A DNA stretch of 62,209 nt, filler included, from 6 parts of 6 records of this genome joined end to end with filler, not necessarily neighbours in it; one strand, 5' to 3'. Counted from the whole stretch's first letter, positions 1 to 11,494 are shown. Made by a program: numbers and translations. The notes: generated from the sequence alone by a model not told the origin.

Positions 1-630
1 AAGATCATCAAGACCATTGATGAAATCGCCTTCCAGACCAATTTGTTGGCGCTGAACGCGGCGGTGGAGGCAGCAAGGGCTGGAGAGGCTGGTGCGGGAT
101 TCGCAGTGGTCGCTGATGAAGTTCGGAATCTGGCCATGAGGGCCGCGGAGGCAGCCAAGACTACCAGTGAACTCATTGAAAATTCCCGCACCAAAATAAT
201 GGAGACCAATGAATTGAATGCCCAGATGGCGGAGGTGATGGATGAAAACAGCGACATCAACCGGAAAGTCACGGTTCTGGTGGGCGAAATTTCAGCGGGG
301 TCTCATGAGCAAGCCCAGGGCATCGATGAAGTGAACAAGTCCGCTGCGGAGATGGAACGTGTCACCCAGAGCAACGCCGCAGGCGCGGAGGAGTTCGCTT
401 CGGCCAGCCAGGAAATGAATGCTCAGGCTGAGGAGATGCAGATCTTTGTGGAGGAACTGGCGTCGATCATCGAGGGAAGCAAAAAGGGTCTTGCAAGAGC
501 TGTCGAAACACGAAAGACACAAACCGAGAAGGCCTTTTTTTTGCAAGAAGAGGATTTCGCGCATTCAAAGGAATCGAAAAGAACGGTTCTTTCCATTGAA
601 GCCGGAGCGCACTCGACGCAAGAGGGATGA
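1..630 (+). CDS. Methyl-accepting chemotaxis protein, C-terminal signalling domain (5' truncated by window edge)
   Basis: [37 protein letters not shown] hairpin-tip signature; frame open from position 1. Confidence 0.95.
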   Translation, partial: KIIKTIDEIAFQTNLLALNAAVEAARAGEAGAGFAVVADEVRNLAMRAAEAAKTTSELIENSRTKIMETNELNAQMAEVMDENSDINRKVTVLVGEISAGSHEQAQGIDEVNKSAAEMERVTQSNAAGAEEFASASQEMNAQAEEMQIFVEELASIIEGSKKGLARAVETRKTQTEKAFFLQEEDFAHSKESKRTVLSIEAGAHSTQEG

Positions 631-674
631 GGATTTTTTTTGGGGGCAAACCATTCAAGTTAAGGAGGAGACTT

Positions 675-1445
675 ATGATGAGAAGCAAGGTTGAAGAAAG
701 GTTCGAGAAACGCCAGTGGAGAAAACTGTCGGCAACGATCGGCTGCATTGCCGTTTTATCCCTGATGCTTATGGCTTCCCCTGTTCCGGCCGCTGATATG
801 AAAGCCAGCCTTCCCAGGATACCGGTGTCTGCTGAAAGCCCGGACAAGGGGATCCTTGTAGATCTCGTCAAGGCCATGGCACAAACATCGGGAAAGGACA
901 TTGAAATTCAGGTGGTCCCTTTTAACAAGTCCATGCATGATGTGGTGGATGGCAAAGTGGATTTTCACATCCCTCTGATGAAGGCAGAAAACATCGATGA
1001 GGCGTCTCTGGACTATGCGCACTCGACCGAAACCATTTTTCACGTGAATTTCGTTCTTTACACCAACAAAAACAAACCCATCGACAAAAACAAGCTGGGC
1101 GACTACCGGATCGAGACGGACCTGGCCCACGTCCGTTATTTCGATTTTCCCATCAAGGGTTCCACCCGGTTGGAAAGCAGCCTTAGAAAACTTCAGGCGG
1201 GCCGAATTGACGGATTCATCTTCGCGGATACGAACACGGACCCAATCATCAAAAAAGAGGGCATGAAAGACCTGCACCGGGAACTATACAAGGTTTTTGA
1301 AGTGAAGATTGTGCTGCCTAAAGGTGCAAAGGGAAAAGCCACCGATGTGTTTCTGACTGAAACCATCCAGAAAATGCGAAGAGATGGCTCTTTTGATAAA
1401 ATCATTGAACCCATTGCTCAACCCTACAACGACTGGCAGCCCTGA
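675..1445 (+). CDS. Periplasmic solute-binding protein (family 3, amino-acid type), orphan
   Basis: AAGGAGG RBS before ATG 675; signal peptide ending PVPA-ADM; GILVDLVKAM, VPF, GRIDGFI and MRRDGSFDKI motifs typical of SBP_bac_3. Confidence 0.8.
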   Translation: MMRSKVEERFEKRQWRKLSATIGCIAVLSLMLMASPVPAADMKASLPRIPVSAESPDKGILVDLVKAMAQTSGKDIEIQVVPFNKSMHDVVDGKVDFHIPLMKAENIDEASLDYAHSTETIFHVNFVLYTNKNKPIDKNKLGDYRIETDLAHVRYFDFPIKGSTRLESSLRKLQAGRIDGFIFADTNTDPIIKKEGMKDLHRELYKVFEVKIVLPKGAKGKATDVFLTETIQKMRRDGSFDKIIEPIAQPYNDWQP

Positions 1446-1469
1446 CATTTCTTTTCTCCCGTCCTTTTC

Positions 1470-1499
1470 GGGAAAGCCCCTACCGAAAGGGGCTTTCCC
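1470..1499. terminator. Perfect 12-bp stem hairpin after the SBP gene (terminator or stability hairpin)
   Basis: GGGAAAGCCCCT-ACCGAA-AGGGGCTTTCCC; no clear U-tract. Confidence 0.5.
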
Positions 1500-1696
1500 C
1501 AAGCCGCCATGGAATCATCCTCTTTTCAAGTCGGTCATGCGCTTCTGCTCTTTACACATGGCAGCCAAACAACAAAGAAGGCAGGCCCACAGGAGACACC
1601 ATCTTTGCTACTGTTGAACAATACACCGTTCACTTGGATTGCATCCATACCGAAACAAGCCAGCGCTTTAATTAACAACATTAAACAAAGGGATAA

Positions 1697-2986
<1,290 letters not shown>

Positions 2987-3016
2987 TTGCTATTCAAGGA
3001 AACTGGTGTACTGAAT

Positions 3017-4171
3017 ATGAATACAGTACGGGAGCCGACATACAAACAATATATAGTCGGAAAATTGGCTCGGTTTGATGAGGATAACACCGGATTTTCA
3101 CGAGCTGATAGGGGCGAAATAGCCGCTCCTGAGGAAGCCTTGCGATATGGCCTTGAAAAAAAAGCTTCGAAAAATAATATCGGTCACAAGCGTGAAGACT
3201 TCGCCTTAAGTTTGGCAAGCAGGGGTATCGACACTCTTTGCCGAAAGACTGTCCTCAGCCGGACAGCATCACTAAGACGATGGGAAATCCCGGGTCCCAA
3301 ACAGCCTGTGGAAGACATTTTCAGAATGCGGGACAAGATTAAGAACGTTGCCCAATGGTTTGGGGCCAGTGTCGCTGGTATCGCTGAACTCAATCCCCTC
3401 TGGTTATATTCTCATTGGGGCACTCACAACACCCGGTTGACCCCCAACTTCAAGGTCGGTCAGCCTGTTGAACTTCCTGAAGGCATGAATCGGGTCTTGG
3501 TCATGGCTTTTGAAATGGATTATTTTGATATCCAACGCTCGCCGGCAGTGGTCCCTTCCATAGATCTTGGCTACTCAAAACAGGCTTACACGGCATATAT
3601 GACGGCCGAATATATTCGGCTTCTGGGATGGCAAGCCATACCGAGCGGGAATGATATGGGTCTGAGCATACCTATGGCAGTTGATGCAGGGCTGGGGGAA
3701 TTGGGTCGCAACGGCCAGCTAATTACGGAAAAGCTCGGTCCGAGAGTGAGACTTAGCAAGGTATTTACGGATCTTCCCTTGGCGGTAGATGAGCCTGTTG
3801 ATCTCGGTGTTCAGCACTTTTGTGAAATTTGTGGTAAATGTGCAGATAAATGTCCGGGTAATGCCATCCCACGCGGCGAAAGAACAGCGGAACCGGTAAA
3901 TATATCCACATCGGCAGGGCTTTTGAAATGGCCGGTTAATGTAGACCGTTGCCTGGCTTGGTGGCTGAAAAGCGGGACCACCGGATGCACCAATTGCATT
4001 CGGGCCTGTCCATGGAATAAACCCGAGGGATCGATTCATAGTATCGTGCGGGGGATTCTGAAAAGAACCTCGCTATTGGACAAGTTGCTGTTAAAGGGAG
4101 ATGACTGGATGGGCTACGGCAGGCAGAAGATCCGGGAAACCCCATGCTGGAAAAATCCGTGCCCGCGGTAG
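3017..4171 (+). CDS. Reductive dehalogenase-like (RdhA/QueG superfamily) corrinoid/2x[4Fe-4S] protein without Tat signal
   Basis: FGASVAGIAEL, AVDAGLGELGRNGQLITEKLGPRVRLSKVFTDLPL, FCEICGKCADKCP and CTNCIRACPWNK; start placed at ATG 3017. Confidence 0.8.
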   Translation: MNTVREPTYKQYIVGKLARFDEDNTGFSRADRGEIAAPEEALRYGLEKKASKNNIGHKREDFALSLASRGIDTLCRKTVLSRTASLRRWEIPGPKQPVEDIFRMRDKIKNVAQWFGASVAGIAELNPLWLYSHWGTHNTRLTPNFKVGQPVELPEGMNRVLVMAFEMDYFDIQRSPAVVPSIDLGYSKQAYTAYMTAEYIRLLGWQAIPSGNDMGLSIPMAVDAGLGELGRNGQLITEKLGPRVRLSKVFTDLPLAVDEPVDLGVQHFCEICGKCADKCPGNAIPRGERTAEPVNISTSAGLLKWPVNVDRCLAWWLKSGTTGCTNCIRACPWNKPEGSIHSIVRGILKRTSLLDKLLLKGDDWMGYGRQKIRETPCWKNPCPR

Positions 4172-4189
4172 TGACCGGTAAAATGCGGA

Positions 4190-5599
4190 TTACTCCTGCC
4201 GATGTCGGATTCCCGGTCTCATATGCGGCTGTTTCAGCCGTTTCCGACGATAGTGAAGCGTGGGGCCTTTTATATTTAAGAGTTTGGCCGCGGCGCTTTC
4301 ATTGTGATCGGTCATCTTCATTGCATCCTCTATATATTGCATTTCAATGGCGTCTTTTAACGCCGGAAGGTCAATGCCTTCTTGAGTCAATGGCGGCATG
4401 AGGGATCTTTCTTGGATGTTGAACCCTCCGCCACTGACATCCAGATCACAAATTTCCACTGTGGGACCGCTACCGAGAATCATAGCCCGTTCAATGATAT
4501 TTCTCAGCTCGCGGACATTGCCTTTGTATTGATATTTTTCCAGTGCCCGTGTCGCCTCGGGGGAGATGCCGGAAAAAGATGTCCCCAGTTTTCCATTCAA
4601 TTCTGAAATGAGATGCCGAGCAATGGGTATGATATCGTCACGGCGTTTATTCAGGGAAGGAACTTCAATTCTTACCACCGCCAGGCGGTAATAGAGGTCC
4701 AGCCTGAAACGGCCTTTATTGACCAGTGATTTGAGTTGCTCATTGGTGGCGGAGATAACGCGTGTTTCAATTTTAATTTTCTTCGTTCCGCCGATCTTAT
4801 AAAAAGTGCCGTCTTCAAGAAAACGCAGTAGTTTGGCCTGTGCTTTGGGGGTTAATTCCGAGACTTCATCCAGAAGCAACGTCCCCTGGTTTGCCGCTTC
4901 GATCAGTCCCTTTTTGCCGCCGGCGCGAGCGCCGCTGAAAGCGCCTCTTTCGTGCCCGAAAAGTTCGCTTTCCATGAGATCTTCCGGAATGGCAGCACAG
5001 TTCAACGTAACGAACGGTCCCTTGAAGTTGGGACTTCGATAATGTATTGAACTGGCAATCAGTTCTTTGCCAACTCCCGACTCCCCGAGGATCAGCACGG
5101 GCGTGGTGTGGCTTTGGGCGACCTTTTCAACCACTTGCATCACATCTTTGATCACATCGCTTTCCGCCACGAAATAGGGTGTGTTTTCCCTTAAATACCG
5201 CTCCTGAAGAATCTTGACCTCTTTTTGCAGTCGGATGGTTTCAAGGGCTTTCCCCACATTCAATTTCAACGAATCCATGTTGATCGGTTTATTGATATAG
5301 TCGTAAGCGCCCAACCGCATGGACTTGACGGCCATGTTGATATCTTCGTATCCGGTAATCATGATGACCACGACATTGGGATAATTTTCCTTTATGATTT
5401 GAAGCGCTTCAATCCCATTCATCTTGCCCAGCCCTATATCCATCAGCACCAGGTCGGGGGTGCCGCGGCCCACTTCTTCGATGCAGCTTTCCGCACTGTG
5501 GAAAGTTCGGACGGTATAATATCTTTTCAGGGTCAGGGCGATGGCCCGGGCAACGCTCCTATCATCGTCAACAATGTATATGGTGTATGCTATTTTCAT
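4190..5599 (-). CDS. NtrC-family sigma54-dependent response regulator (REC-AAA+-HTH)
   Basis: IVDDD and LMD receiver; GESGVGKE Walker A; ESELFGHERGAFSGA; LLLDEV; GNVRELRN; C-terminal HTH. Confidence 0.95.
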   Translation of the reverse strand: MKIAYTIYIVDDDRSVARAIALTLKRYYTVRTFHSAESCIEEVGRGTPDLVLMDIGLGKMNGIEALQIIKENYPNVVVIMITGYEDINMAVKSMRLGAYDYINKPINMDSLKLNVGKALETIRLQKEVKILQERYLRENTPYFVAESDVIKDVMQVVEKVAQSHTTPVLILGESGVGKELIASSIHYRSPNFKGPFVTLNCAAIPEDLMESELFGHERGAFSGARAGGKKGLIEAANQGTLLLDEVSELTPKAQAKLLRFLEDGTFYKIGGTKKIKIETRVISATNEQLKSLVNKGRFRLDLYYRLAVVRIEVPSLNKRRDDIIPIARHLISELNGKLGTSFSGISPEATRALEKYQYKGNVRELRNIIERAMILGSGPTVEICDLDVSGGGFNIQERSLMPPLTQEGIDLPALKDAIEMQYIEDAMKMTDHNESAAAKLLNIKGPTLHYRRKRLKQPHMRPGIRHRQE

Positions 5600-5636
5600 G
5601 GCAGGCGGGCCTTTTTAACCTTCATTGTGTTATTTG

Positions 5637-8033
5637 TTATCCTAATTCATCAATTGGGATGCGAATCGTAAACTGCGCACCGTTCCATTTGCTTTGGGAG
5701 ACGGTCAATGTCCCATTGTGGTCCGTGACAATTCGGTGGCTGATACTAAGACCGATTCCTGAACCATTCGCCTTGGTTGTAAAAAAGGGATCGAAGATTT
5801 TTTCCCAGTCATCCGACGGTACGCCATGGCCGGAATCAGAAATTCGATAAACGATGGCGTTGGATTCAACTTCCGACTCGATTCGCAAAATTTTTGCGCC
5901 AGTCATATCCCGCATGGCCTGGATCGAATTGGTAATCAAATTCAGAAAAACCTGTTTCATTCTATGCCTGTCCAAGCAGAACGCCCGGGATTCCGCGGAC
6001 AGCATTTTCTCAAGTTTAATGTCGTTCTTTCTGATAGTAGCCGCGGACAGCTTGACCGCTTCTTCAATGGGCCGGTTGATGGATGAGGGTGCTCTGCTGA
6101 CTCCGCTGGGTTTTGAAAAATCAATGACCCGTTTTACCACGCTCTCGATATTTCGCAAGGCATCCAATGCCTCCCCGATGATTTCCCTGGCTTCCTCCAA
6201 AAATTCACCTTCAACCCTTTCATTATCACGACAAATAAGGTCGAGGTTGTTCAGAAAAAGCGTTACCGCCATCAGGGGGCTTCTAATCTCATGGGCGATT
6301 CCCGCGGCTACCCGTCCCAGGGAGGTCATTTTATCCTCCATATCCAATAGGTGTTGCATCTGTTTCGCTTCCGTAATGTCCAATGTGTTGAACAAAACGG
6401 CCTCGCGCCCCTGATATTCTATGGGACTGGCATGAGTCTGCAACCACCTCAAACCACGCTTCATTTTTCGTGATTGCATATAAAATCTGATCTTCATATC
6501 CAGTATCGGATCGGCTTCATTGAAATTCTCCCTGGATAATGGCTTGATCCGTTTTAAATCATCTGTATGTATCCTTTTAATAAAATCGGTCAATGATTTA
6601 TTTTCACGCTCGAAAGCAAAAACCTTTTTGTGCTCGGGGTTTTCATAGGTGATTTCGCCGTCCTGGACAATGCTAATACAAACGGGGGAGTATTCAACCA
6701 GGCTACGGAAACGCTTTTCACTCTCTTTGAGGGCAATTTCAGCCTGTTTTCTTAGGGTGATATCTTCCGCAAAACCGTAAAGACCCACCAGTTCTCCATT
6801 TGCGTCCCGCATGGGAACGACCACACAATGAACCGGAACCAGAGTTCCGTTCTTGTGCACAAAATTAATTTCCTTATCATAAATGTCGCCCTTCCCCGTG
6901 ATTCGGAGAACCTCGTGCACTTCCTCATCGGTTTCATGGATAAAAGCCGGCGACATTTTTCCCTCGACCTCTTCCGCCGTATACCCGAGCATCTTTTCGG
7001 AATATTTGTTCCAGAAGATGAAGATATAGTCTTCATCACTTGCCCCCACATGAAGCGGGATGTGGCTATTCAAGTAGTCGAGCAACGCCCCGTATCTTTG
7101 TTCGCTCTGGCGAAGCGACTCCTCCATTCGCTTTCTTTCACTCACATCTCGAATTAATCCCATGTGAGCGGGTCTGTTTTTGTAGATTATTTCCGTAAAG
7201 GAGATTTCAACTTCCAGTTTGCCGCCGGATTTGGGTATCAAAACGGATTCATACAGTTTTGATTTGCCGGAATCGTTATGCGTCAGAGCTGAAAGATCCC
7301 TGAATTGATCTTTGTATTCATCGCTCACAATATCGATGTATGGATGGCCGACCAATTCATCCTGACGGTAACCCAACATTTCCATCATCGCTTTGTTGCT
7401 ATATTGGCGCAACCCGTCTTGGACGATGGTGATGCCGTCACTGGCGTGTTCGACCAATGTGGAATATTTGGTTTCGGACTCGGTCAGGGCTTCCATTACC
7501 ATTTTCTGGTCGTGGATGCAGATCGCCATTTCCCAGCGCACCATCTTTCTTCTACCGGGCCAATTAATGGCTTTGGCAATGCAGTGGTACCATTTGCCGT
7601 TTAAATTGTTCTGCAGTTCGAAAATATGAGCTTTCCCGAGATTTTCTCCAAAAAGTTGCGGATGATTGCAGAAGGAGCACGGGTTGTCCAATCCCTGAAG
7701 CACACGGTAGCATTTGAGGCCGACAATATTTTTGAGTCCAAGTGCTTTCCGTGTTTTATTATTTGCGAACAGAATTTCGTTTGTTTCAGGATCTATTGCA
7801 TAGATCCCCGCGTCGATGCTTTCGAAAAGAGCTATGAACTCGTTTTTTTCAACTAACAGACTATCTTTCTGGCTACAACATTCGTAATATTTTTTTTCCA
7901 GGATTTTTACCCGGAGATCCATCTCTTCCTTTTCTTTGGCCAGTTTGTCCCGTTCAGCCGACAATTCCTCCTGCCGCCGTTCAAGTAATTCCAGGCGTAC
8001 AATAAGCTCATCATAAGTTGGCTGTCGACCCAT
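5637..8033 (-). CDS. Cytoplasmic multi-PAS sensor histidine kinase (probable cognate of the NtrC regulator)
   Basis: About four PAS/PAC repeats; [13 protein letters not shown]-box; [25 protein letters not shown] boxes; no TM segment. Confidence 0.93.
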   Translation of the reverse strand: MGRQPTYDELIVRLELLERRQEELSAERDKLAKEKEEMDLRVKILEKKYYECCSQKDSLLVEKNEFIALFESIDAGIYAIDPETNEILFANNKTRKALGLKNIVGLKCYRVLQGLDNPCSFCNHPQLFGENLGKAHIFELQNNLNGKWYHCIAKAINWPGRRKMVRWEMAICIHDQKMVMEALTESETKYSTLVEHASDGITIVQDGLRQYSNKAMMEMLGYRQDELVGHPYIDIVSDEYKDQFRDLSALTHNDSGKSKLYESVLIPKSGGKLEVEISFTEIIYKNRPAHMGLIRDVSERKRMEESLRQSEQRYGALLDYLNSHIPLHVGASDEDYIFIFWNKYSEKMLGYTAEEVEGKMSPAFIHETDEEVHEVLRITGKGDIYDKEINFVHKNGTLVPVHCVVVPMRDANGELVGLYGFAEDITLRKQAEIALKESEKRFRSLVEYSPVCISIVQDGEITYENPEHKKVFAFERENKSLTDFIKRIHTDDLKRIKPLSRENFNEADPILDMKIRFYMQSRKMKRGLRWLQTHASPIEYQGREAVLFNTLDITEAKQMQHLLDMEDKMTSLGRVAAGIAHEIRSPLMAVTLFLNNLDLICRDNERVEGEFLEEAREIIGEALDALRNIESVVKRVIDFSKPSGVSRAPSSINRPIEEAVKLSAATIRKNDIKLEKMLSAESRAFCLDRHRMKQVFLNLITNSIQAMRDMTGAKILRIESEVESNAIVYRISDSGHGVPSDDWEKIFDPFFTTKANGSGIGLSISHRIVTDHNGTLTVSQSKWNGAQFTIRIPIDELG

Positions 8034-8385
8034 TGCGGCATCTCCTCATTCAGTCAACCGGTCCATTACCGGTCGTGAGCGATGAAAATCGAAATTCTCC
8101 CTGATCTCGATATCATAGTCTTGACATTTTGCCGGCCGGAACTGGATTATATCGACCGGTGGAGAACTGTACTGCGGAAGCCTTATCCAATTCCTGAATA
8201 TGAATTTATTTCTTTTATGAAGAGCACGCTACCAATCCCGGCTACATATGATTTCATTCAGGAGCAGAACAAAGGTTGAATCGGAGCCGATACGTCGTAC
8301 GGTGTTTATTAATCACAGCTATGAAACGGCTTCTGTATGTCAAGTTGGAATTATATAGCTGGATACGGGGAAAGATTCAAGCGCC

Positions 8386-9327
8386 TTACGCCGCTTTCAA
8401 ACGTTTAAGATCGGCGACCAGCTGTTGAACTGCATTGGCGGAATGATGAAGGCTCTTGGTCTCATCATCCGTCAGCTTTATTTCAACGATCTCTTCCGCC
8501 CCCTTAGCGCCCAATTTGACCGGCACACCGATAAAAAGATCCTTTATGCCGTATTCACCTTCCAGATAGGTCGCACAGGGTAATATTTTCTTCTTGTCTC
8601 TTAGGATCGCCTCTGCCATCTCTACTGCCGCAGAAGAAGGCGCATAGTAAGCACTTCCCGTTTTGAGAAGCCCCACGATTTCCGCGCCGCCGTTTCTGGT
8701 TCGATCCAACAGCGCTTCGATTTTTTCAGGCGTCATCAATTCAGTAATGGGAATCCCCGCCACGGTGGAGAATCGGGGAAGAGGGACCATGGTATCGCCG
8801 TGGCCGCCCAGCACAAAGGCGTGGGTATTTTCCACGGAAACATTCAGCTCCATGGCAATAAAGGCTCGAAAACGGGCCGAATCCAGCACACCCGCCATGC
8901 CCAGCACCCGGTTTTTGGGAAATCCGGAGGCCTCAAGGGCAACATGACACATGGCATCCAACGGGTTGCTGACGATGATTAAAACACTATCCGGTGCAAC
9001 TGATGAGACTTCCCGAACCACGTTTTGCATGATCCCCATATTAGTGGAGAGCAGGTCATCACGGCTCATGCCCGGCTTTCTGGGAATGCCGGCGGTGATG
9101 ATGACGATGTCTGAATCCTTTGCGGGACTGTAGTCGGCGGAGGCGCCGGTGATTTTTGCATCGTGCTTTTCAATGGGCGCCGCTTCCATGAGATCCAGTG
9201 CCTTGCCTGCCGGCACACCTTCAAGAATGTCAATAAGCACCACATCCGCCAGTTCTTTCTCCGCAACTCGCATGGCGGCCGTTGCCCCCACATTTCCGGC
9301 ACCGATGACCGTTACTTTTTTATCCAT
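8386..9327 (-). CDS. mdh: Malate dehydrogenase (LDH-like type)
   Basis: [41 protein letters not shown] motifs; AGGAG RBS. Confidence 0.97.
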   Translation of the reverse strand: MDKKVTVIGAGNVGATAAMRVAEKELADVVLIDILEGVPAGKALDLMEAAPIEKHDAKITGASADYSPAKDSDIVIITAGIPRKPGMSRDDLLSTNMGIMQNVVREVSSVAPDSVLIIVSNPLDAMCHVALEASGFPKNRVLGMAGVLDSARFRAFIAMELNVSVENTHAFVLGGHGDTMVPLPRFSTVAGIPITELMTPEKIEALLDRTRNGGAEIVGLLKTGSAYYAPSSAAVEMAEAILRDKKKILPCATYLEGEYGIKDLFIGVPVKLGAKGAEEIVEIKLTDDETKSLHHSANAVQQLVADLKRLKAA

Positions 9328-9353
9328 TATTATACTCCTTTAATATATAGTCG

Positions 9354-9464
9354 CTATGAAACAGTTTTTAATCGAAACAAATGACGGACCGCGGTCCACC
9401 CCATCTTGCGGCGCAGGATGCCCAACTGGTCCTGCAGGGGAAGTTCCTTGGGGCACACGTCCTC
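9354..9464 (-). CDS. frdB: Fumarate reductase iron-sulfur subunit, C-terminal fragment (not in ORF track)
   Basis: Manual translation EDVCPKELPLQDQLGILRRKMGWTAVRHLFRLKTVS*; resembles deltaproteobacterial FrdB C-terminus; directly upstream of mdh. Confidence 0.7.
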   Translation of the reverse strand, partial: EDVCPKELPLQDQLGILRRKMGWTAVRHLFRLKTVS

Positions 9465-9465
9465 G

Positions 9466-9565
9466 NNNNNNNNNNNNNNNNNNNNNNNNNNNNNNNNNNN
9501 NNNNNNNNNTTAATTAATTAANNNNNNNNNNNNNNNNNNNNNNNNNNNNNNNNNNNNNNNNNNNN
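9466..9565. other. Artificial contig spacer
   Basis: 44 N + TTAATTAATTAA (stops in all six frames) + 44 N; composition changes across it. Confidence 0.99.
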
Positions 9566-9566
9566 A

Positions 9567-10094
9567 GCATTACCAAACTTCTATACATTTAGACCAGCTG
9601 ATGCAACGGAAAATATTGAGTGCTGGAAAACAGCACTTCCTATGAATGCTCCAACAGCATTTGTAACTTCTAGACAAGGGCTTAAAAACTTAAAAGGTCA
9701 AAAAGTTCTTGGAGAGGTAAGTAAGGGAGCATATCTTGTAACAAAAGCTGAAAAAGCAGATGTTACATTTATGGCAAGTGGAAGTGAAGTATCACTTTGT
9801 CTAGATGCAAGTGAACTTTTAGCAAAACAAGGAATTATGTGTAATGTGGTATCAGTTCCATGTTTTGATCTTTTTGTAGAACAAGATGAAGAGTATATTG
9901 ATTCTATTGTCAATATGAATGAAACCTTTGTAGTAGCCGTTGAAGCTGCGAGTGCAATGGAGTATTATAAATTTGCTGATGAAGTGATAGGAATGACAGG
10001 TTTTGGGCAAAGTGGTCCAGCAAAGGAACTCTTTGAAAAATTTGGATTCACTGCAGAGCAAGTCGCTAGCAAAGTTCAAGAGATAGTAGGGTAA
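9567..10094 (+). CDS. tkt: Transketolase, C-terminal fragment
   Basis: RPADATEN, TSRQGL, MASGSEVSL, VSVPC, VAVEAA, FGQSGPAKELFEKFGFT. Confidence 0.93.
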   Translation, partial: ALPNFYTFRPADATENIECWKTALPMNAPTAFVTSRQGLKNLKGQKVLGEVSKGAYLVTKAEKADVTFMASGSEVSLCLDASELLAKQGIMCNVVSVPCFDLFVEQDEEYIDSIVNMNETFVVAVEAASAMEYYKFADEVIGMTGFGQSGPAKELFEKFGFTAEQVASKVQEIVG

Positions 10095-10095
10095 A

Positions 10096-10179
10096 ATGTA
10101 TACAGAAGTTAACTATGCAGTTTTAATAGTTGGCTCTTTAGCAATCCTTATTGGATTGTTTTTATATTTTATTTTTTAA
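10096..10179 (+). CDS. Putative 27-aa single-transmembrane small protein
   Basis: MYTEVNYAVLIVGSLAILIGLFLYFIF*; fills the gap between tkt stop and tpx RBS almost exactly. Confidence 0.5.
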   Translation: MYTEVNYAVLIVGSLAILIGLFLYFIF

Positions 10180-10182
10180 GGA

Positions 10183-10701
10183 ATGAGTATGATGGGATAT
10201 ACAAAATTTAAAGGAACAGATGTAACTTTAGATGGAAATCAAGTTGAAGTAGGGGATATGGCTCCTGTGGTTACAATAGTTGGAGCTGATCTAGAAGATA
10301 TTGAAGTGGGCGGAGCAAAAGACCAAGTTCAATTAATTGTTTCAGTTCCATCTTTAGATACAGCTGTTTGTGCAGCTGAGACTAGAAAGTTTAATGAAGC
10401 AGTGGGAGCACTAGATATTTGTACAACAGCAGTTGTTTCTATGGACTTACCATTTGCTTCAGCAAAGTTTTGTTCAACTGAGGGGATCGATAACTTAAGC
10501 GTAGGAAGTGATTATGTTGATAAGGACTTTGGAAAAGCTTATGGGGTATTGATGAGTGATAATAAACTAAAAGGTCTTCTAGCTCGAGCTGTTTTTGTAG
10601 TAAATAGAAGTGGAGAGATCGTATATAAAGAGATTGTTCCTGAAGTGACTGAAGAGCCAAACTACGAAGATGTATTAGAAGCTATTAAAGCTGCTAGATA
10701 A
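10183..10701 (+). CDS. tpx: Thiol peroxidase (atypical 2-Cys peroxiredoxin)
   Basis: VPSLDTAVCAAETRKFN, SMDLPFASAKFC, GLLARAVFV, EPNYE. Confidence 0.96.
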   Translation: MSMMGYTKFKGTDVTLDGNQVEVGDMAPVVTIVGADLEDIEVGGAKDQVQLIVSVPSLDTAVCAAETRKFNEAVGALDICTTAVVSMDLPFASAKFCSTEGIDNLSVGSDYVDKDFGKAYGVLMSDNKLKGLLARAVFVVNRSGEIVYKEIVPEVTEEPNYEDVLEAIKAAR

Positions 10702-11100
10702 TTGTCGTATCAATCATGGCATGAATCCCATGCCAAAAAACACAAACAACTTTTAAAAAAACTATCTCATTTATCTGATAATGAGATAGTTGAATACTTT
10801 TCATTTTCTAATATGGTAAAAAATGAGCCAGATTTTTGTCCACTTTACAAAGAGAATACTAAGTGTCATGAGATGGAAGATCTTAATTGTTATCTTTGTG
10901 CTTGTCCAAATTTTCGAGTAAGTGATACAAAAAGTTATTGTTCAATTGAGAGTAAAGATGGAGGAAGTATAGAAGCACCAGATGGCTATATCCATCAAGA
11001 TTGTTCAAAGTGTACAGTTCCCCATTCAAAAGAGTATGTGAAAAAACATTTTTCAAGGGATTGGTTGGAGATTATGAAAAAGAATTTTCACAAAAAGTAA
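10702..11100 (+). CDS. Cysteine-rich small-domain protein (probable metal binding)
   Basis: FCPLY, KCH, NCYLCACP, YCSI, DCSKCTVPH. Confidence 0.75.
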   Translation: MSYQSWHESHAKKHKQLLKKLSHLSDNEIVEYFSFSNMVKNEPDFCPLYKENTKCHEMEDLNCYLCACPNFRVSDTKSYCSIESKDGGSIEAPDGYIHQDCSKCTVPHSKEYVKKHFSRDWLEIMKKNFHKK

Positions 11101-11104
11101 AAGT

Positions 11105-11494
11105 TTACTTCTCTTCTTCAGGTTTTTCTAATACCTCTAATATCTTATTTTCTACTATCTTTAAAGAATCAAAAGGTTTTTCTATATAGTATTGAGCTCC
11201 AAATTTATGGGAATCTACAATTTTATCTAAAGTTGATTTTGAGGTCATCATAATTACTTTTAGCTTAGGGTTTTTTTTCATTAACTCTTTTAATGCAAGT
11301 ATTCCATTAAGTTGTGGCATCATGATATCCATCAAAACTAGATCGATCATATTATCAATAGAGTTGATTGCATGAACAGGATTATCAAAAGAGGTGACAT
11401 TAAATTGTTCATTTCTTTTTAAATACCTATCAAGTATTGTTAAAATATCAAGTTCATCATCAACAATGGCAATATTATAGGTGTTTTGTTCCAT
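11105..11494 (-). CDS. Single-domain response regulator
   Basis: IVDDE, LMDIMMP, MMT, YIEKPF; start placed at MEQNT after AAGGA. Confidence 0.9.
   Translation of the reverse strand: MEQNTYNIAIVDDELDILTILDRYLKRNEQFNVTSFDNPVHAINSIDNMIDLVLMDIMMPQLNGILALKELMKKNPKLKVIMMTSKSTLDKIVDSHKFGAQYYIEKPFDSLKIVENKILEVLEKPEEEK

Noticed and set aside
644..656. GGGCAAACCATTC resembles the start of a c-di-GMP-I riboswitch
   Set aside because: The following GAAA tetraloop, GGGACGCAAAGC and second stem are absent, and the RBS follows immediately
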